Below are positions 16,707 to 29,189 of a stretch of 43,755 bases of DNA, piece by piece (within the stretch, counting starts at the first letter, position 1; each line of letters starts with the position of its first letter). This DNA is from an uncultured delta proteobacterium (GTDB lineage: Bacteria > Desulfobacterota > Syntrophia > Syntrophales > Smithellaceae), in contig CAIVDK010000419.1 in assembly GCA_903904655.1 (NCBI GenBank), positions 1-43,755 of the forward strand, written 5' to 3'. Under the pieces are notes generated by a model. The model saw only the letters and a program-made list of their open reading frames with translations. It was not told the DNA's origin and did no database searches. The position numbers and the translations under genes were made by a program.

Positions 16707-19700
16707 ATGGGCGACTTTAGAAAAAATTTTGGCCGTGTTAAGCAAATACAGGATATTCCCAATCTGATTGAAATCCAGACACGATCTTATGAAAAGTTCC
16801 TGCAAGCCGACGTGCCGCTTGCCAAGCGGCGCAACATCGGCTTGCAGGGCGCTTTCAAGAGCGTTTTTCCCATCTCGGATTTCAGTGGAAAATGTTCACT
16901 GGAGTTTGCGAGCTACAAGATTGGTCATGTCCGGTATGATATGAAGGAGTGTATTCAGAAGAGCATGACCTATGCCGCTCCTTTAAAAATTGTGGTCAGG
17001 CTGGTGGTGTTTGACACCGACCGGCTCGCCGACGGCAAGATCAATCGTGAAGCGGCTGAGACTAAGCCGATCCGCGATATTAAAGAGCAGGAAATTTACT
17101 TCGGTGAAATTCCGCTCATGACAGAAAACGGTACGTTTATCGTCAACGGATCGGAGCGGGTGATTGTCAGTCAGCTGCACCGGTCGCCCGGTATCTTTTT
17201 TGATCATGATAAAGGGAAGACGGTTGCTTCCGGCAAACTGATTTATTCGGCGAGAGTGATTCCTATCCGGGGTTCCTGGCTGGATTTGGAGTTTGATTCC
17301 AAGGATTTGCTCTATGTTAGGATTGACCGTCGTCGAAAAATGCCTGTCACCATTCTGTTGAAGGCTATGGGTAATTCGACGGAATTTATCTTAAACTATT
17401 TTTACAATATTGAAAAAATAACCATCGAAGGCGAAAAGATTTATTTTGCGGTTGACGATTCTCTGTCCGGGCAAAAGGCGCCGGAAGATATTAAATATCC
17501 GAAAAGCGATGAAGTCATCGTTAAAAAAGGCCGTAAACTCACCAAACCTCTGCTCAAAAAAGTATTGGATGCCGGAATTAAGCGCGTGGCTATTCAGGAA
17601 GCTGATTTGGCAGGGAAAGTCCTTTCATCGGATGTTCATGATCCCAGGACCGGAGAGATTCTTTTCCGCTGCAATGAAGTGTTGCCGCTAAATGGACTCG
17701 AGATCGCTGAGGAGAAGGGCGTCAAAGAATTAAAGTTTATTCATATTGATGAAGACCTTGATAACGCCTCCATTCGTGACACGTTGCTGATGGATCGCAT
17801 CGATACCGCAGAAGATGCAATTATGGAGATATACCGTAGGCTTCGCCCCAGCAATCCTCCCACACCGGAGACCGCAGCGAAGTTTTTCAACAGCCTCTTT
17901 TTTGAGCCGGAAACCTACGATTTGTCGGATGTCGGCCGTGCGAAGATGAACTATAAGCTGCGCTTGAATGTTTCGACCGATTTAACTGTGTTGCGTAACG
18001 ATGATATTCTGGCATCCGTTAAATATCTCATTGATTTAAAAAACGGCACCGGCGAGTGCAGTGTTGATGATATCGACCACTTGGGGAACCGACGCGTGCG
18101 TTCCGTAGGCGAACTTATTGAAAATCAGTACCGCATCGGTCTGGTGCGCATGGAACGGGCCATTAAAGAAAAAATGAGTCTGCAGGATATCGAAACCATG
18201 ATGCCGCACGATCTCATCAACGCCAAACCGGTGTCGGCGGTGGTTAATGAATTTTTCGGCTCCAGCCAATTGTCCCAGTTTATGGATCAGACCAATCCGC
18301 TGTCGGAAATCACGCATAAGCGCCGTCTATCCGCTCTGGGACCGGGCGGTTTGACGCGGGAACGCGCCGGATTTGAAGTCCGCGATGTTCATCCGACGCA
18401 TTACGGCCGCATCTGTCCGGTCGAAACACCGGAAGGTCCGAATATCGGCTTGATTGTTTCACTCAGCACTTACGCGCGTGTTAATGAATTTGGCTTCATA
18501 GAAACACCCTACCGCTTGGTCGAACATGGCAAGGTGCTGCAAGATGTGAAATTTATGACAGCCATCGAGGAAGAAAATCAGATTATTGCGCCGGCAGACC
18601 GACCGCTCGATAAAAAAGGTAAATTTGAAGAAGAACTCATTTCGGCCAGAAAAGGCGATGACTTTCTTTCAGTCGTGCCGGAAGATATCAACATGATGGA
18701 TGTCGCCCCCAATCAGCTCGTTTCAGTGGCCGCGGCTCTCATTCCGTTTCTGGAGCATGACGACGCCAACCGCGCGCTGATGGGGTCCAACATGCAGCGT
18801 CAGGCCGTGCCGCTCATGTGTCCCGAAGTGCCGGTGGTCGGTACGGGAATGGAAGCCATTGTTGCCCGTGATTCCGGCGCCGTTGTGGTGGCTAAGCGGC
18901 CGGGTGTTGTCGAAAGTGTGGATGCTTCGCGCATCGTGATTCGCGCCGATAAACCGGAAGAAGATGGCCTGGATACCGGTGTGGACATTTATACTTTATC
19001 CAAGTACCAGCGCTCCAATCAGGACACCTGCTTTAACCAGAAACCGATTATTGCCGTCGGTGACCGTGTCCAGAAGAGGGATATCCTGGCTGATGGTCCT
19101 GCAACGGATAACGGCGAACTGGCCCTGGGGCGCAACGTAATGGTTGCCTTCATGTCCTGGGGCGGATACAACTACGAAGACTCCATTCTGGTCAGTGAAA
19201 GAATCGTCAAGGAAGATGTTTACACATCCATTCATATTGAAGAGTTCGAAACCATGGCTCGCGACACCAAACTGGGCAAGGAAGAAATAACACGGGATAT
19301 TCCCAATGTTGGTGAGGAAGCGCTTCGTAATCTCGATGAAAGCGGTATCATCCGCATCGGCGTCTCCGTAAAGCCTGGAGATATCCTGGTCGGCAAGATC
19401 ACGCCCAAAGGTGAAACACAGTTATCCGCCGAGGAAAAACTCCTTCGGGCGATTTTTGGCGAGAAGGCCAGCGATGTGCGAGACACCTCTTTGCGTGTCC
19501 CGCCCGGTGTGGAAGGAACCGTTATTGACGCCAAGATTTTCACGCGTAAAGGCGCCGACAAAGATTTGCGTTCACAGGCGATTGAAGAAGACGCGATTGA
19601 GCAGTTGACGAAGGATCGTGATGATGAAATCCGTATTCTCGCGGAATCCATCAAGAAGGATATCGCGAAACTTGTGATCGGTAAAATAGCAGCAGGCAAA

Positions 19701-20822
19701 ATTGTCGACGTGAAAAAGAAGACGCTTCTGAAAAAAGGCGACAAAATAACTAAAGAAATCTGGTTGGATATTCCTTTTACGTATTGGAAGGAAATTACCC
19801 TTGCTGAAAATGACGGTTCGGAAGAAAAACTGACGAATCTGCTTTCTATGATGGAAAGAAAAATAGATTTCGTTAAAGCGCATTTCGAAGAAAAGCTCGA
19901 TAAAATTAAAGCCAGCGATGAGCTGCCGCCCGGTGTCATCAAGATGGTGAAAGTCTATATTGCTATTAAAAGGAAATTGTCCGTAGGCGATAAAATGGCG
20001 GGCCGTCACGGCAACAAAGGTGTTTTATCCAGGATTCTTCCGGAAGAAGACATGCCTTATTTTGCAGATGGTTCAACGGTCGATATCATTCTCAATCCGC
20101 TGGGCGTTCCGTCCCGTATGAACATCGGCCAGATTCTCGAAACACATTTAGGCTGGGCGGCAAAATCAATCGGTGAAGGTTTAAATGAATTACTGGAAAA
20201 GAACAATAACCTGAATTCAATCAAAAGCGAATTGAAAAAAACGTATTCTTCCCCCGATTTTGATGAATTTCTGGAAAAAGCATCTGCGGAAGATGTTAAA
20301 CGATTTGTCAGCCGCCTGAAAAAGGGCATGCTGGTGGCCAGTCCCGTTTTTGACGGCTGTCCCGAATCCCAGATCCGCAAAATGCTGGATACGGCGGGTT
20401 TACCTGAAACCGGCCAATCTTTATTATTTGACGGCCGCACCGGTGAACCATTTGATCAGGAAGTGACCGTTGGCATCATTTATATGCTGAAACTGCATCA
20501 TCTGGTTGATAACAAAATTCACGCCCGTTCCATCGGGCCCTATTCACTGGTCACACAGCAACCTTTGGGCGGCAAGGCACAGTTCGGCGGTCAGAGACTG
20601 GGAGAAATGGAAGTCTGGGCCATGGAAGCCTACGGCGCTTCCTATGCCCTGCAGGAATTCTTAACAGTCAAATCTGACGACGTTGCCGGGCGGACGAGGA
20701 TTTATGAATCTATCGTCAAAGGCGAACATACATTCGAGCCGGGTCTTCCGGAGTCCTTCAACGTATTGGTGAAGGAACTTCAGAGTCTCGGATTAGACGT
20801 GGAATTGATTGAGGAAGAATAA
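16707..20822 (+). CDS. rpoB: RNA polymerase beta subunit
   Basis: [52 protein letters not shown]. Confidence 0.99.
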   Translation: MGDFRKNFGRVKQIQDIPNLIEIQTRSYEKFLQADVPLAKRRNIGLQGAFKSVFPISDFSGKCSLEFASYKIGHVRYDMKECIQKSMTYAAPLKIVVRLVVFDTDRLADGKINREAAETKPIRDIKEQEIYFGEIPLMTENGTFIVNGSERVIVSQLHRSPGIFFDHDKGKTVASGKLIYSARVIPIRGSWLDLEFDSKDLLYVRIDRRRKMPVTILLKAMGNSTEFILNYFYNIEKITIEGEKIYFAVDDSLSGQKAPEDIKYPKSDEVIVKKGRKLTKPLLKKVLDAGIKRVAIQEADLAGKVLSSDVHDPRTGEILFRCNEVLPLNGLEIAEEKGVKELKFIHIDEDLDNASIRDTLLMDRIDTAEDAIMEIYRRLRPSNPPTPETAAKFFNSLFFEPETYDLSDVGRAKMNYKLRLNVSTDLTVLRNDDILASVKYLIDLKNGTGECSVDDIDHLGNRRVRSVGELIENQYRIGLVRMERAIKEKMSLQDIETMMPHDLINAKPVSAVVNEFFGSSQLSQFMDQTNPLSEITHKRRLSALGPGGLTRERAGFEVRDVHPTHYGRICPVETPEGPNIGLIVSLSTYARVNEFGFIETPYRLVEHGKVLQDVKFMTAIEEENQIIAPADRPLDKKGKFEEELISARKGDDFLSVVPEDINMMDVAPNQLVSVAAALIPFLEHDDANRALMGSNMQRQAVPLMCPEVPVVGTGMEAIVARDSGAVVVAKRPGVVESVDASRIVIRADKPEEDGLDTGVDIYTLSKYQRSNQDTCFNQKPIIAVGDRVQKRDILADGPATDNGELALGRNVMVAFMSWGGYNYEDSILVSERIVKEDVYTSIHIEEFETMARDTKLGKEEITRDIPNVGEEALRNLDESGIIRIGVSVKPGDILVGKITPKGETQLSAEEKLLRAIFGEKASDVRDTSLRVPPGVEGTVIDAKIFTRKGADKDLRSQAIEEDAIEQLTKDRDDEIRILAESIKKDIAKLVIGKIAAGKIVDVKKKTLLKKGDKITKEIWLDIPFTYWKEITLAENDGSEEKLTNLLSMMERKIDFVKAHFEEKLDKIKASDELPPGVIKMVKVYIAIKRKLSVGDKMAGRHGNKGVLSRILPEEDMPYFADGSTVDIILNPLGVPSRMNIGQILETHLGWAAKSIGEGLNELLEKNNNLNSIKSELKKTYSSPDFDEFLEKASAEDVKRFVSRLKKGMLVASPVFDGCPESQIRKMLDTAGLPETGQSLLFDGRTGEPFDQEVTVGIIYMLKLHHLVDNKIHARSIGPYSLVTQQPLGGKAQFGGQRLGEMEVWAMEAYGASYALQEFLTVKSDDVAGRTRIYESIVKGEHTFEPGLPESFNVLVKELQSLGLDVELIEEE

Positions 20823-20868
20823 ACTTCCAAATTTCACGAAAGCTTTTTTAATAGTAGGAGAATAATCT

Positions 20869-23800
20869 GTGGAAGACGTTTTCAGTTATTTTGAAAAACC
20901 AAGAAATCCGATCAGATTCAGTGCAATAAAGATTTCGATCGCCTCGCCGGAAAAAATTATTTCCTGGTCCAATGGCGAAGTGAAAAAGCCGGAGACGATC
21001 AATTACCGGACATTTAAGCCGGAGCGAGACGGTCTTTTCTGCGCGAAGATATTCGGGCCGGTGAAAGACTATGAATGTCTTTGCGGTCGATACAAGCGCA
21101 TGAAGCACCGTGGTGTTGTGTGTGAAAAGTGTGGCGTCGAAGTCATTCAATCCAAAGTTCGCCGCGAGCGCATGGGGCATATCACGCTGGCCACGCCGGT
21201 TGCTCACATCTGGTTTTTGAAGAGCCTACCCAGTCGTATCGGCAATGTGATGGATCTGACGCTCAAAGAACTGGAAAAAGTTCTCTACTTTGAGTCCTGG
21301 ATCGTACTGGATCCCAAAGACACACCGCTGAAAAAGCAAGAGCTCCTTACGGATGAAGAATATCTTGAGGCGAAAGAACAATACGGAGAAAATGGATTTG
21401 TCGCGGGAATCGGCGCTGAAGCCGTCCGGCAACTGCTCGAAGAAATTAATCTGGAAAAGCTCTACGAAGAACTCCGTGCGGAAGTGGTCACATCGATTTC
21501 CGATACAAAAAAGAAAAAAATTGTCAAACGACTCAAAGTGGTCGAAGCGTTGCGCAAGTCCGGCAATAAGCCTGAATGGATGGTTTTAACGGTCCTGCCG
21601 GTTATTCCACCTGATCTGAGACCGCTGGTTCCGCTCGACGGTGGACGGTTTGCCACGTCTGATCTCAACGATTTGTATCGACGCGTCATTAATAGAAATA
21701 ACCGTTTGAAGCGTCTTCAGGAACTCAACGCGCCGGAGATTATTATCCGCAACGAAAAGCGCATGTTGCAGGAAGCAGTCGATGTCCTTTTTGACAACGG
21801 TCGGCGCGGTCGGGCGATTACCGGCACCAACAAGAGACCGCTGCGATCGCTTTCGGATATGCTCAAAGGCAAGCAGGGGCGTTTTCGTCAGAACCTGCTG
21901 GGAAAGCGCGTGGACTATTCCGGCCGCTCGGTTATTACCGTTGGCCCCGATTTGAGATTGCATCAGTGTGGTCTGCCCAAAAAAATGGCGCTCGAACTTT
22001 TCAAACCATTTGTCTATAACCGCCTGCTGGAAAAAGGGTATGTTACTACGGTGAAGAGCGCCAAGAAAATGGTTGAAAGGGAAACGGCCGAAGTATGGGA
22101 TGCCGTAGATGAAGTTGTTCGTGAATACCCGGTCATTCTGAACCGCGCGCCCACGCTGCACCGTCTGGGTATGCAGGCTTTTGAGCCGGTCCTGATTGAA
22201 GGAAAGGCGATTCGTCTGCATCCGCTGGTGTGTACCGCTTTCAACGCTGACTTCGACGGTGACCAGATGGCCGTGCACGTGCCTCTGTCTGTTGAAGCGC
22301 AGACGGAAGCACGCGTGCTTATGATGTCCACGAACAACATTTTGTCTCCGGCCAACGGCAAACCGATCATTATTCCGAGTCAGGATATCGTTTTAGGAAT
22401 TTATTATATGACGCGGGTGAAGAAGGACGTAAAGGGCGAAGGAATGATTTTTTCCGGGCCCGAAGAAGTGCGCTCAGCCATTGATGCGGGAGCAATTGAT
22501 TTACATGCCAAAATTAAAGTCCGCATCAACGGCGAATTAAAAGAGACAACAGCCGGACGCATCATTCTTTACGAAATCATTCCTGAAGAAATCAGCTTTG
22601 ATGCGATCAATAAGTTGATGAATAAGAAGGAGTTGGCCAATCTGATTGACTATTGTTACCGCCTCTGCGGGGATAAAACAACAGTACTTCTGGCTGACCG
22701 GCTTAAAGACATGGGCTTTAAATATGCCACGATCTCTGGTTTGTCTTTTGCAGTGGGCAATATGATTATTCCCGAAAATAAGAAGACCATCGTTTTGCAG
22801 GCCGACAAGGATGTCCTGAAGATTCAAAAACAATACATGGATGGTCTGATTACCGATGGTGAACGTTACAATAAAGTTATCGATATCTGGGCGCAAGCCA
22901 CTGAAAAAATTGCCTCGGAAATGTTGACCGGCATCAGTACGGAAGAAGTAGCCGGTATGGACGGCAAGAAACGCAAAATTGAAAGTTTCAACCCGATATT
23001 CATGATGGCCGATTCCGGCGCCCGTGGCTCGGGGCAGCAACTCAGGCAATTGGCCGGTATGCGCGGTTTAATGGCCAAGCCTTCCGGGGAAATTATCGAG
23101 ACGCCGATCACGGCGAATTTCCGTGAAGGCTTGACGGTGCTCCAATATTTCATTTCAACGCACGGCGCCCGCAAGGGTTTGGCGGATACGGCTTTGAAGA
23201 CAGCTAATTCCGGTTATCTGACCAGACGCCTGGTGGATGTGGCGCAGGACTGCATCATTACCGAGCAGGATTGCGAAACCGTTGACGGACTCTATGTGTC
23301 TGCGTTGATGGAAGGCGGTGAAATGATTGAAACCGCCGGAGAACGTGTGTTGGGTCGTGTAGCTTTGCGGGAAATTAAGGATCCTTTTACGGATGAAGTG
23401 ATTGTAAAAGCCAATGAAGCCATTGATGAAGCCCTGGCTGAGAAAATCGACCGTTCTGGTGTCGAGAGGGTTAATATCCGTTCCGTTTTAACGTGTCGTG
23501 CCAAGCACGGTGTTTGTGCCATGTGTTATGGCCGCGATCTGGCCCATGGTCACATTGTGAACATCGGTGAAGCCGTCGGCATTGTTGCCGCGCAATCCAT
23601 TGGTGAGCCGGGTACGCAGCTGACCATGCGAACGTTCCATATCGGTGGTACGGCAAAATTTGACGAGCATTCCACGCTCGAGGCGCGTCATGACGGTTTG
23701 ATAAAGTTTGTAAATTTGAATACCGTTAAAACCAGAGAAAACGATTACGTGGTCATGAATCGTCATGGTGAAGTTCATGTTCTCGATGAGCAAAATCGCA

Positions 23801-24963
23801 GCCGCGGTAAATACACCGTGCCTTATGGTGCCCACCTCAAGGTAAGCGATAACAGCTCGATAAAACGCGGGCAGTTGATTGCCGAATGGGATCCTTTCTC
23901 CATACCGATTCTGTCGGAAGTGGATGGTACCATCAAATATGGTGATATCATTGAAGGAAAAACAATGCAGGAACAGGTTGATGAAGTCACGGGGTTGTCC
24001 CGTAAAGTTATTGTCGAATTCAAAGGCGGCGATTTAAGACCACGCGTTTCCCTTAAAGACAGTAAGGGAAAGACAGCTAAGCTGGTCAGTTCAAATTCGA
24101 CAGCCCGTTATTTTCTGTCGGTTGGCGTCAATATTGTTGTTTCCGAAGGAGACGAAGTACGAGCAGGAGATATTCTGGCAAAGATTCCTCGTGAAACAAC
24201 AAAAACGAAAGATATTACAGGTGGTTTGCCGAGAGTTGCTGAGTTATTTGAGGCGCGCAAGCCCAAAGATTTTGCCGTGATCAGTGAAATTGACGGTATT
24301 GTCGCTTTCGGAAAAGATGCCAAGGGCAAACGGAAAATCATTGTTACGCCGGAAGTTGGTGAAGAAAAAGAATACCTGATTCCTAAAGGCAAGCATATCA
24401 GCGTTCAGGAAGGCGATCGGGTGACGCCTGGCGACGCCTTGATGGATGGTGTGAATAACCCCCATGATCTTTTGGCGACTAAAGGCGAAAAAGAGTTGGC
24501 CAGATACCTGGTTGATGAAGTTCAGGAAGTTTATCGTTTGCAAGGTGTTAAAATTAATGATAAGCATATGGAAGTTATTGTCCGCCAGATGCTCCGTCGA
24601 ATCCGGATAACCGATCCAGGTGATGCTGTTTTTATCGCCGATGAGCAGGTTGAACGTTACCGATTCCAGGAAGAAAACGATAAGGTGATAGCTCAGGGTG
24701 GGCGGCCTGCTGTTGGGGATCCTTTGCTACTGGGGATTACCAAAGCATCGCTCAGTACCCAGAGTTTCATATCGGCTGCTTCATTCCAGGAAACGACACG
24801 TGTGCTGACTGAGGCATCGCTTGCCGGTAAAACAGACTACTTGCGCGGCCTCAAAGAAAACGTCATCATGGGTCGTTTAATACCCGCAGGTACCGGCTTG
24901 GTCATGTATCGTAAGCTGGGCATTAAGGTGGAAGCTGACGACGTGGAAGCGATTGCAGAATAA
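20869..24963 (+). CDS. rpoC: RNA polymerase beta' subunit
   Basis: [12 protein letters not shown] catalytic motif, N-terminal Zn ribbon, [17 protein letters not shown]. Confidence 0.99.
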   Translation: MEDVFSYFEKPRNPIRFSAIKISIASPEKIISWSNGEVKKPETINYRTFKPERDGLFCAKIFGPVKDYECLCGRYKRMKHRGVVCEKCGVEVIQSKVRRERMGHITLATPVAHIWFLKSLPSRIGNVMDLTLKELEKVLYFESWIVLDPKDTPLKKQELLTDEEYLEAKEQYGENGFVAGIGAEAVRQLLEEINLEKLYEELRAEVVTSISDTKKKKIVKRLKVVEALRKSGNKPEWMVLTVLPVIPPDLRPLVPLDGGRFATSDLNDLYRRVINRNNRLKRLQELNAPEIIIRNEKRMLQEAVDVLFDNGRRGRAITGTNKRPLRSLSDMLKGKQGRFRQNLLGKRVDYSGRSVITVGPDLRLHQCGLPKKMALELFKPFVYNRLLEKGYVTTVKSAKKMVERETAEVWDAVDEVVREYPVILNRAPTLHRLGMQAFEPVLIEGKAIRLHPLVCTAFNADFDGDQMAVHVPLSVEAQTEARVLMMSTNNILSPANGKPIIIPSQDIVLGIYYMTRVKKDVKGEGMIFSGPEEVRSAIDAGAIDLHAKIKVRINGELKETTAGRIILYEIIPEEISFDAINKLMNKKELANLIDYCYRLCGDKTTVLLADRLKDMGFKYATISGLSFAVGNMIIPENKKTIVLQADKDVLKIQKQYMDGLITDGERYNKVIDIWAQATEKIASEMLTGISTEEVAGMDGKKRKIESFNPIFMMADSGARGSGQQLRQLAGMRGLMAKPSGEIIETPITANFREGLTVLQYFISTHGARKGLADTALKTANSGYLTRRLVDVAQDCIITEQDCETVDGLYVSALMEGGEMIETAGERVLGRVALREIKDPFTDEVIVKANEAIDEALAEKIDRSGVERVNIRSVLTCRAKHGVCAMCYGRDLAHGHIVNIGEAVGIVAAQSIGEPGTQLTMRTFHIGGTAKFDEHSTLEARHDGLIKFVNLNTVKTRENDYVVMNRHGEVHVLDEQNRSRGKYTVPYGAHLKVSDNSSIKRGQLIAEWDPFSIPILSEVDGTIKYGDIIEGKTMQEQVDEVTGLSRKVIVEFKGGDLRPRVSLKDSKGKTAKLVSSNSTARYFLSVGVNIVVSEGDEVRAGDILAKIPRETTKTKDITGGLPRVAELFEARKPKDFAVISEIDGIVAFGKDAKGKRKIIVTPEVGEEKEYLIPKGKHISVQEGDRVTPGDALMDGVNNPHDLLATKGEKELARYLVDEVQEVYRLQGVKINDKHMEVIVRQMLRRIRITDPGDAVFIADEQVERYRFQEENDKVIAQGGRPAVGDPLLLGITKASLSTQSFISAASFQETTRVLTEASLAGKTDYLRGLKENVIMGRLIPAGTGLVMYRKLGIKVEADDVEAIAE

Positions 24964-24985
24964 ATGAAAAAAAAGAAGAAATTGC

Positions 24986-25014
24986 TTGACAGAAGAGGAT
25001 TGAATTGATAGTTA
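24986..25014 (+). promoter_or_regulatory. Possible str-operon promoter
   Basis: TTGACA (24986-24991) after an A-rich tract; the -10 element is imperfect (GATAGT or TAGTTA). Confidence 0.45.
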
Positions 25015-25065
25015 CCGCAGATTTGCTGCTGCTTGCAAAATGCAGCGAAACGTTCGGGAGGAGAA

Positions 25066-25437
25066 ATGCCGACAATTAATCAACTGGTTCGCAAAGGCAG
25101 AACCCAAATTAAAAGAAAAACAAACGCTCCGGCTTTGGCCGGTTCACCCCAACGCCGCGGGGTGTGTGTGAGAGTTTATACGACAACACCTAAAAAGCCG
25201 AATTCGGCTTTGCGTAAAGTTGCCAGAGTGAGACTGACCAGCGGCTATGAAGTATCATCCTATATTCCTGGTATCGGTCACAACCTGCAGGAACATTCGG
25301 TTGTGCTGGTTCGCGGCGGCAGAGTGAAGGATTTACCCGGGGTACGATATCATATCGTCAGAGGCACTCTGGATGCCGTTGGTGTTGCTGACCGCAAAAA
25401 GAGTCGATCAAAATACGGTGCTAAAAAGCCCAGCTAA
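25066..25437 (+). CDS. rpsL: 30S ribosomal protein S12
   Basis: [29 protein letters not shown]. Confidence 0.98.
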   Translation: MPTINQLVRKGRTQIKRKTNAPALAGSPQRRGVCVRVYTTTPKKPNSALRKVARVRLTSGYEVSSYIPGIGHNLQEHSVVLVRGGRVKDLPGVRYHIVRGTLDAVGVADRKKSRSKYGAKKPS

Positions 25438-25452
25438 ACGAAGGACAGGAAA

Positions 25453-25923
25453 ATGCCTAGAAGACGCGAAGTTGAAAAAAGGGAAGTTTTACCGGATCCC
25501 AAATATAACAATAAACTGGTTGCTAAGTTCGTGAACTCTCTTCTAAAAAGAGGAAAAAAGAGTGTTGCGGAAAGTATTTTATATGGCGCTTTTGACATCA
25601 TTGAAAAGAGAGTCAAGGAGCAGCCGGTTGAATTTTTCGAAAAGGCCGTCAATAACGTGAAACCGGTGATCGAAGTAAAATCACGACGTGTGGGTGGTTC
25701 AACCTACCAAGTGCCCACGGAAGTTGTCCCTGCCAGGCGTACTGCTCTGGCTATCCGCTGGTTGATTTCAAATGCGCAGGAACGCACCGAAAAAACCATG
25801 CGTGAAAAACTGGCGGCTGAATTGATTGACGCGGCAAATAATCGAGGCGGTGCCGTCAAAAAAAGAGAAGCTGTGCATAAAATGGCGGAGGCGAACAAGG
25901 CCTTTGCGCATTATAAATTTTAA
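25453..25923 (+). CDS. rpsG: 30S ribosomal protein S7
   Basis: [28 protein letters not shown]. Confidence 0.98.
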   Translation: MPRRREVEKREVLPDPKYNNKLVAKFVNSLLKRGKKSVAESILYGAFDIIEKRVKEQPVEFFEKAVNNVKPVIEVKSRRVGGSTYQVPTEVVPARRTALAIRWLISNAQERTEKTMREKLAAELIDAANNRGGAVKKREAVHKMAEANKAFAHYKF

Positions 25924-25983
25924 AAGAATTGACTACTAAACAACAAGGAAACCAACCATAGAAAGTTAAGGAGGAAAGGTGAG

Positions 25984-27177
25984 ATGGCAAAGAAAAAATT
26001 TGAAAGGACTAAGCCGCATTTAAATATAGGAACAATCGGTCATGTGGATCACGGCAAGACCACATTAACGGCCGCAATTACCAAGCATCTGGCAAAAAAG
26101 GGTTTTGCGGAATTCCGACCTTTCGATTCTATTGATAATGCACCGGAAGAAAAGGAACGTGGTGTTACGATCAATATCTCTCACGTAGAATATGAAACGG
26201 AAACAAGACATTACGCTCACGTGGACTGCCCGGGGCATGCCGACTATATCAAAAACATGATTTCCGGCGCTGCTCATATGGATGCAGCTATTCTGGTTGT
26301 GGCCGCTTCCGATGGTCCGATGCCGCAGACACGCGAGCATATCCTCCTTGCCCGTCAGGTGCAGGTTCCTTTCGTTATCGTTTTCATGAATAAAGTAGAT
26401 CTGGTTGATGACCCCGAGCTTTTAGACCTTGTTGAACTTGAATTAAGAGAGCTTTTAATTGCGTATGAATTTCCCGGAGATGATATTCCCATCATTCGCG
26501 GTTCAGCGCTCAAAGCCCTGGAATCAGAGGATGGCAAGTCTCCCGAGGTAAAATGTATATGGGAACTGCTGGATGCCGTGGATAACTATATTCCTCAGCC
26601 TAAGCGAGATACAGATAAGCCCTTCCTGATGCCGGTTGGCGATGTTTTCACCATTTCCGGTCGTGGAACAGTTGTGACAGGAAGAGTTGATCGTGGTATT
26701 GTTAAGGTTGGCGAAGAAGTGGAAGTCATCGGAATTCGCCCCACCATTAAAACAGTTGTTACAGGTGTGGAAATGTTCCGTAAAACTCTCGATGAAGGTC
26801 GTGCGGGAGACGATGTTGGTTTGTTGATTCGTGGCATCAAACGTGAGGATGTGGAAAGAGGACAGGTTGTGGCTAAGCCCGGTTCGATTACACCCCACAC
26901 AAAATTTGAAGCGGCTGTTTACATTCTGACCAAGGAAGAAGGCGGACGACATACTCCATTCTTCTCCGGTTATCGTCCGCAGTTTTATTTTCGGACAACG
27001 GACGTGACGGGAGTAGCGACGCTTCCCGAGGGTGTGGAGATGGTTATGCCCGGTGATAACGTCAAAATGAATATTGAATTAATTATGCCCATCGCCATGG
27101 AAGAGCAATTAAGATTCGCTATCCGCGAAGGCGGCAGAACAGTTGGCGCAGGTGTCGTAAGCAAGGTTATTGAATAG
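25984..27177 (+). CDS. tuf: Elongation factor Tu
   Basis: [46 protein letters not shown]. Confidence 0.98.
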   Translation: MAKKKFERTKPHLNIGTIGHVDHGKTTLTAAITKHLAKKGFAEFRPFDSIDNAPEEKERGVTINISHVEYETETRHYAHVDCPGHADYIKNMISGAAHMDAAILVVAASDGPMPQTREHILLARQVQVPFVIVFMNKVDLVDDPELLDLVELELRELLIAYEFPGDDIPIIRGSALKALESEDGKSPEVKCIWELLDAVDNYIPQPKRDTDKPFLMPVGDVFTISGRGTVVTGRVDRGIVKVGEEVEVIGIRPTIKTVVTGVEMFRKTLDEGRAGDDVGLLIRGIKREDVERGQVVAKPGSITPHTKFEAAVYILTKEEGGRHTPFFSGYRPQFYFRTTDVTGVATLPEGVEMVMPGDNVKMNIELIMPIAMEEQLRFAIREGGRTVGAGVVSKVIE

Positions 27178-27202
27178 AAACTGGAAATAGGTTATCCGAT
27201 CA

Positions 27203-27511
27203 ATGAAAGAACAAAAGATAAGAATTCGTCTCAAAGCTTACGATTATAAACTGCTGGACCGTTCTGTTGAAGAAATAGTGGACACTGCAAAAAGGACCGG
27301 TGCGCGTGTTGCCGGTCCAATACCTCTTCCTACGGAAATCAATAAATACTGTGTCAATCGTTCACCGCACGTGGACAAGAAGTCCCGGGAGCAGTTCGAA
27401 ATTCGCACACATAAAAGATTGATTGATATTGTTGAGCCGACGCAAGCCACCGTGGATGCATTGATGAAACTGGATCTATCGGCGGGAGTGGATGTTGAAA
27501 TAAAGGCGTAG
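27203..27511 (+). CDS. rpsJ: 30S ribosomal protein S10
   Basis: [29 protein letters not shown]. Confidence 0.98.
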   Translation: MKEQKIRIRLKAYDYKLLDRSVEEIVDTAKRTGARVAGPIPLPTEINKYCVNRSPHVDKKSREQFEIRTHKRLIDIVEPTQATVDALMKLDLSAGVDVEIKA

Positions 27512-27547
27512 GCGTTGAATAACGGCGGTGGAAAGTGGTCTCAAGTG

Positions 27548-27577
27548 TTGACATTTTCCGGATTTATTGAATATCGT
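27548..27577 (+). promoter_or_regulatory. Putative internal promoter between rpsJ and rplC
   Basis: TTGACA (27548-27553), 18 nt, TATCGT (27572-27577). Confidence 0.5.
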
Positions 27578-27606
27578 GGCTCTTTTTATATAAAAGTTGG
27601 ATGATA

Positions 27607-28239
27607 ATGAACAAGGGAATCATTGGAAAAAAATTGGGAATGACGCAGGTATTTGCTGAGGATGGCGCTGCTGTCGGTGTTACGGCCATTGAGGTTGAAC
27701 CGTCAGTTGTTGTTCAGGTGAAGACAAAAGAGAAGGATGGCTATGATGCGATCCAAATCGGATACGGTCGCGTGAAACAAAAGAATGTAACGAAACCGCT
27801 TCAGGGCCATTTCAATAAAGCAAATAAAGGGTTTTTCCGTATTGTTAAAGAACTTCCTGGTGAAGCCGGGAAATACGAAGTCGGGCAGGAAATAGCCTCT
27901 GATATTTTTCAAGGGGGCGACTATGTCGATGTGGTTGGAACATCGAAAGGCAAAGGCTTCCAAGGTGTTATAAAAAGACATGGTTTTCACGGCGGCCGCG
28001 CGACTCACGGTTCCATGTTTCACAGGGCTCCGGGTTCCATTGGCGCCAGCGCTGATCCGGCGCGTGTCTTTAAAGGAACAAAAATGGGCGGTCATATGGG
28101 TGCTGTTCGTAAAACCGTTCAGAATATTCAGATCTGGCAAGTGCGTCCTGATAGAAATTTATTGTTATTGAAAGGTTCCATTCCCGGCAGCAAAAACGGT
28201 TATGTGATCATTAAACAGGCCCGGAAAAAAAGTGCGTAA
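27607..28239 (+). CDS. rplC: 50S ribosomal protein L3
   Basis: GKKLGMTQVF, SKGKGFQGVIKRH, HRAPGSIG. Alternative start at 27601. Confidence 0.97.
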   Translation: MNKGIIGKKLGMTQVFAEDGAAVGVTAIEVEPSVVVQVKTKEKDGYDAIQIGYGRVKQKNVTKPLQGHFNKANKGFFRIVKELPGEAGKYEVGQEIASDIFQGGDYVDVVGTSKGKGFQGVIKRHGFHGGRATHGSMFHRAPGSIGASADPARVFKGTKMGGHMGAVRKTVQNIQIWQVRPDRNLLLLKGSIPGSKNGYVIIKQARKKSA

Positions 28240-28257
28240 ATCAGTGGAGTTATAAAC

Positions 28258-28881
28258 ATGGCAGTGGCAGATGTTTTTGATATTGAAAAGAAGAAGGTTG
28301 CAGAGGTCGAGTTGAACGACACTGTATTTGGCGCTGAAGTCAACGAAGCAACGATCCATGATGTTGTCAAGATGCAACTGGCATCGCGCCGGTCGGGTAC
28401 ATCTTCCACCAAGGGGAGAAGTGATGTCCGTGGCGGTGGGAAAAAGCCCTGGCGTCAAAAAGGTACCGGTCGTGCCCGTTCAGGAACGTCACGATCGCCA
28501 ATCTGGAGAGGGGGCGGTATTGTTTTTGGGCCTCAACCTCGCGATTATTCATACAGCGTTCCTAAAAAAGTGCGGAAAAAAGCTCTTATCTCCGTACTCA
28601 GCATGAAAGTAAAGGAAGAAAAAATGACGGTTCTGCGGAATTTCCCGATGGAAACGATCAGTACGAAAGCTTTCAAGAAAGTGGTCGATCTCTTCGGTCT
28701 GAAAAAAACACTTTTTGTTATCGATCAGGACAATGCTGTTCTGATGAAGTCATCGCGTAATTTAAAAAATATAAAAATGATTCGGTCGGAAGGAATCAAT
28801 GTTTATGATGTATTGAAATATGAACATCTGGTCCTTCTTGAACCCTCTATAAAAAAAATTGAGGGGGCATTGCTGGCATAA
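28258..28881 (+). CDS. rplD: 50S ribosomal protein L4
   Basis: GGGKKPWRQKGTGRAR, GGGIVFGP. Confidence 0.97.
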   Translation: MAVADVFDIEKKKVAEVELNDTVFGAEVNEATIHDVVKMQLASRRSGTSSTKGRSDVRGGGKKPWRQKGTGRARSGTSRSPIWRGGGIVFGPQPRDYSYSVPKKVRKKALISVLSMKVKEEKMTVLRNFPMETISTKAFKKVVDLFGLKKTLFVIDQDNAVLMKSSRNLKNIKMIRSEGINVYDVLKYEHLVLLEPSIKKIEGALLA

Positions 28882-29168
28882 TGGAACTGCATCAGATTAT
28901 TAAAAAGATATTAATTACGGAAAAGAGTAACATGGACCGCGAAGCAGCGAATAAGTATCACTTTGAAGTCAATCGCAAAGCCAACAAAGTTGAGATTGGC
29001 AATGCCGTGGAAAAGTTATTCAAAGTAAAAGTTGCCGATGTCCGTGTCTTACATGTTTTAGGCAAAAAGAAACGAACGGGTAAGGTTACCGGACAGAAGA
29101 GTTCCTGGAAAAAAGCAATTGTGACTTTAGCTGCCGGCAGCCGTATTGAAATAGCCGAAGGCGTATAG
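28881..29168 (+). CDS. rplW: 50S ribosomal protein L23
   Basis: ITEKS, ANKVEI, WKKAIVTL. Confidence 0.96.
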   Translation: MELHQIIKKILITEKSNMDREAANKYHFEVNRKANKVEIGNAVEKLFKVKVADVRVLHVLGKKKRTGKVTGQKSSWKKAIVTLAAGSRIEIAEGV

Positions 29169-29189
29169 AACGATTTAAGGATTAAGCAA

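Noticed and set aside
16672-16740. Short rplL-rpoB spacer and short RpoB N-terminus as a possible truncation
   Set aside because: An AAGGA RBS precedes ATG 16707 and the conserved RKNF...PNLIEIQ block is intact.
18253-18350. Rifampicin-resistance changes in RpoB, and streptomycin-resistance changes in RpsL
   Set aside because: The cluster I sequence and the S12 KKPNSA and RVKDLPG motifs match the usual sensitive consensus.
19232-23835. Long antisense ORFs within rpoB and rpoC (236, 230 and 170 aa)
   Set aside because: Typical shadows of conserved, codon-biased genes.
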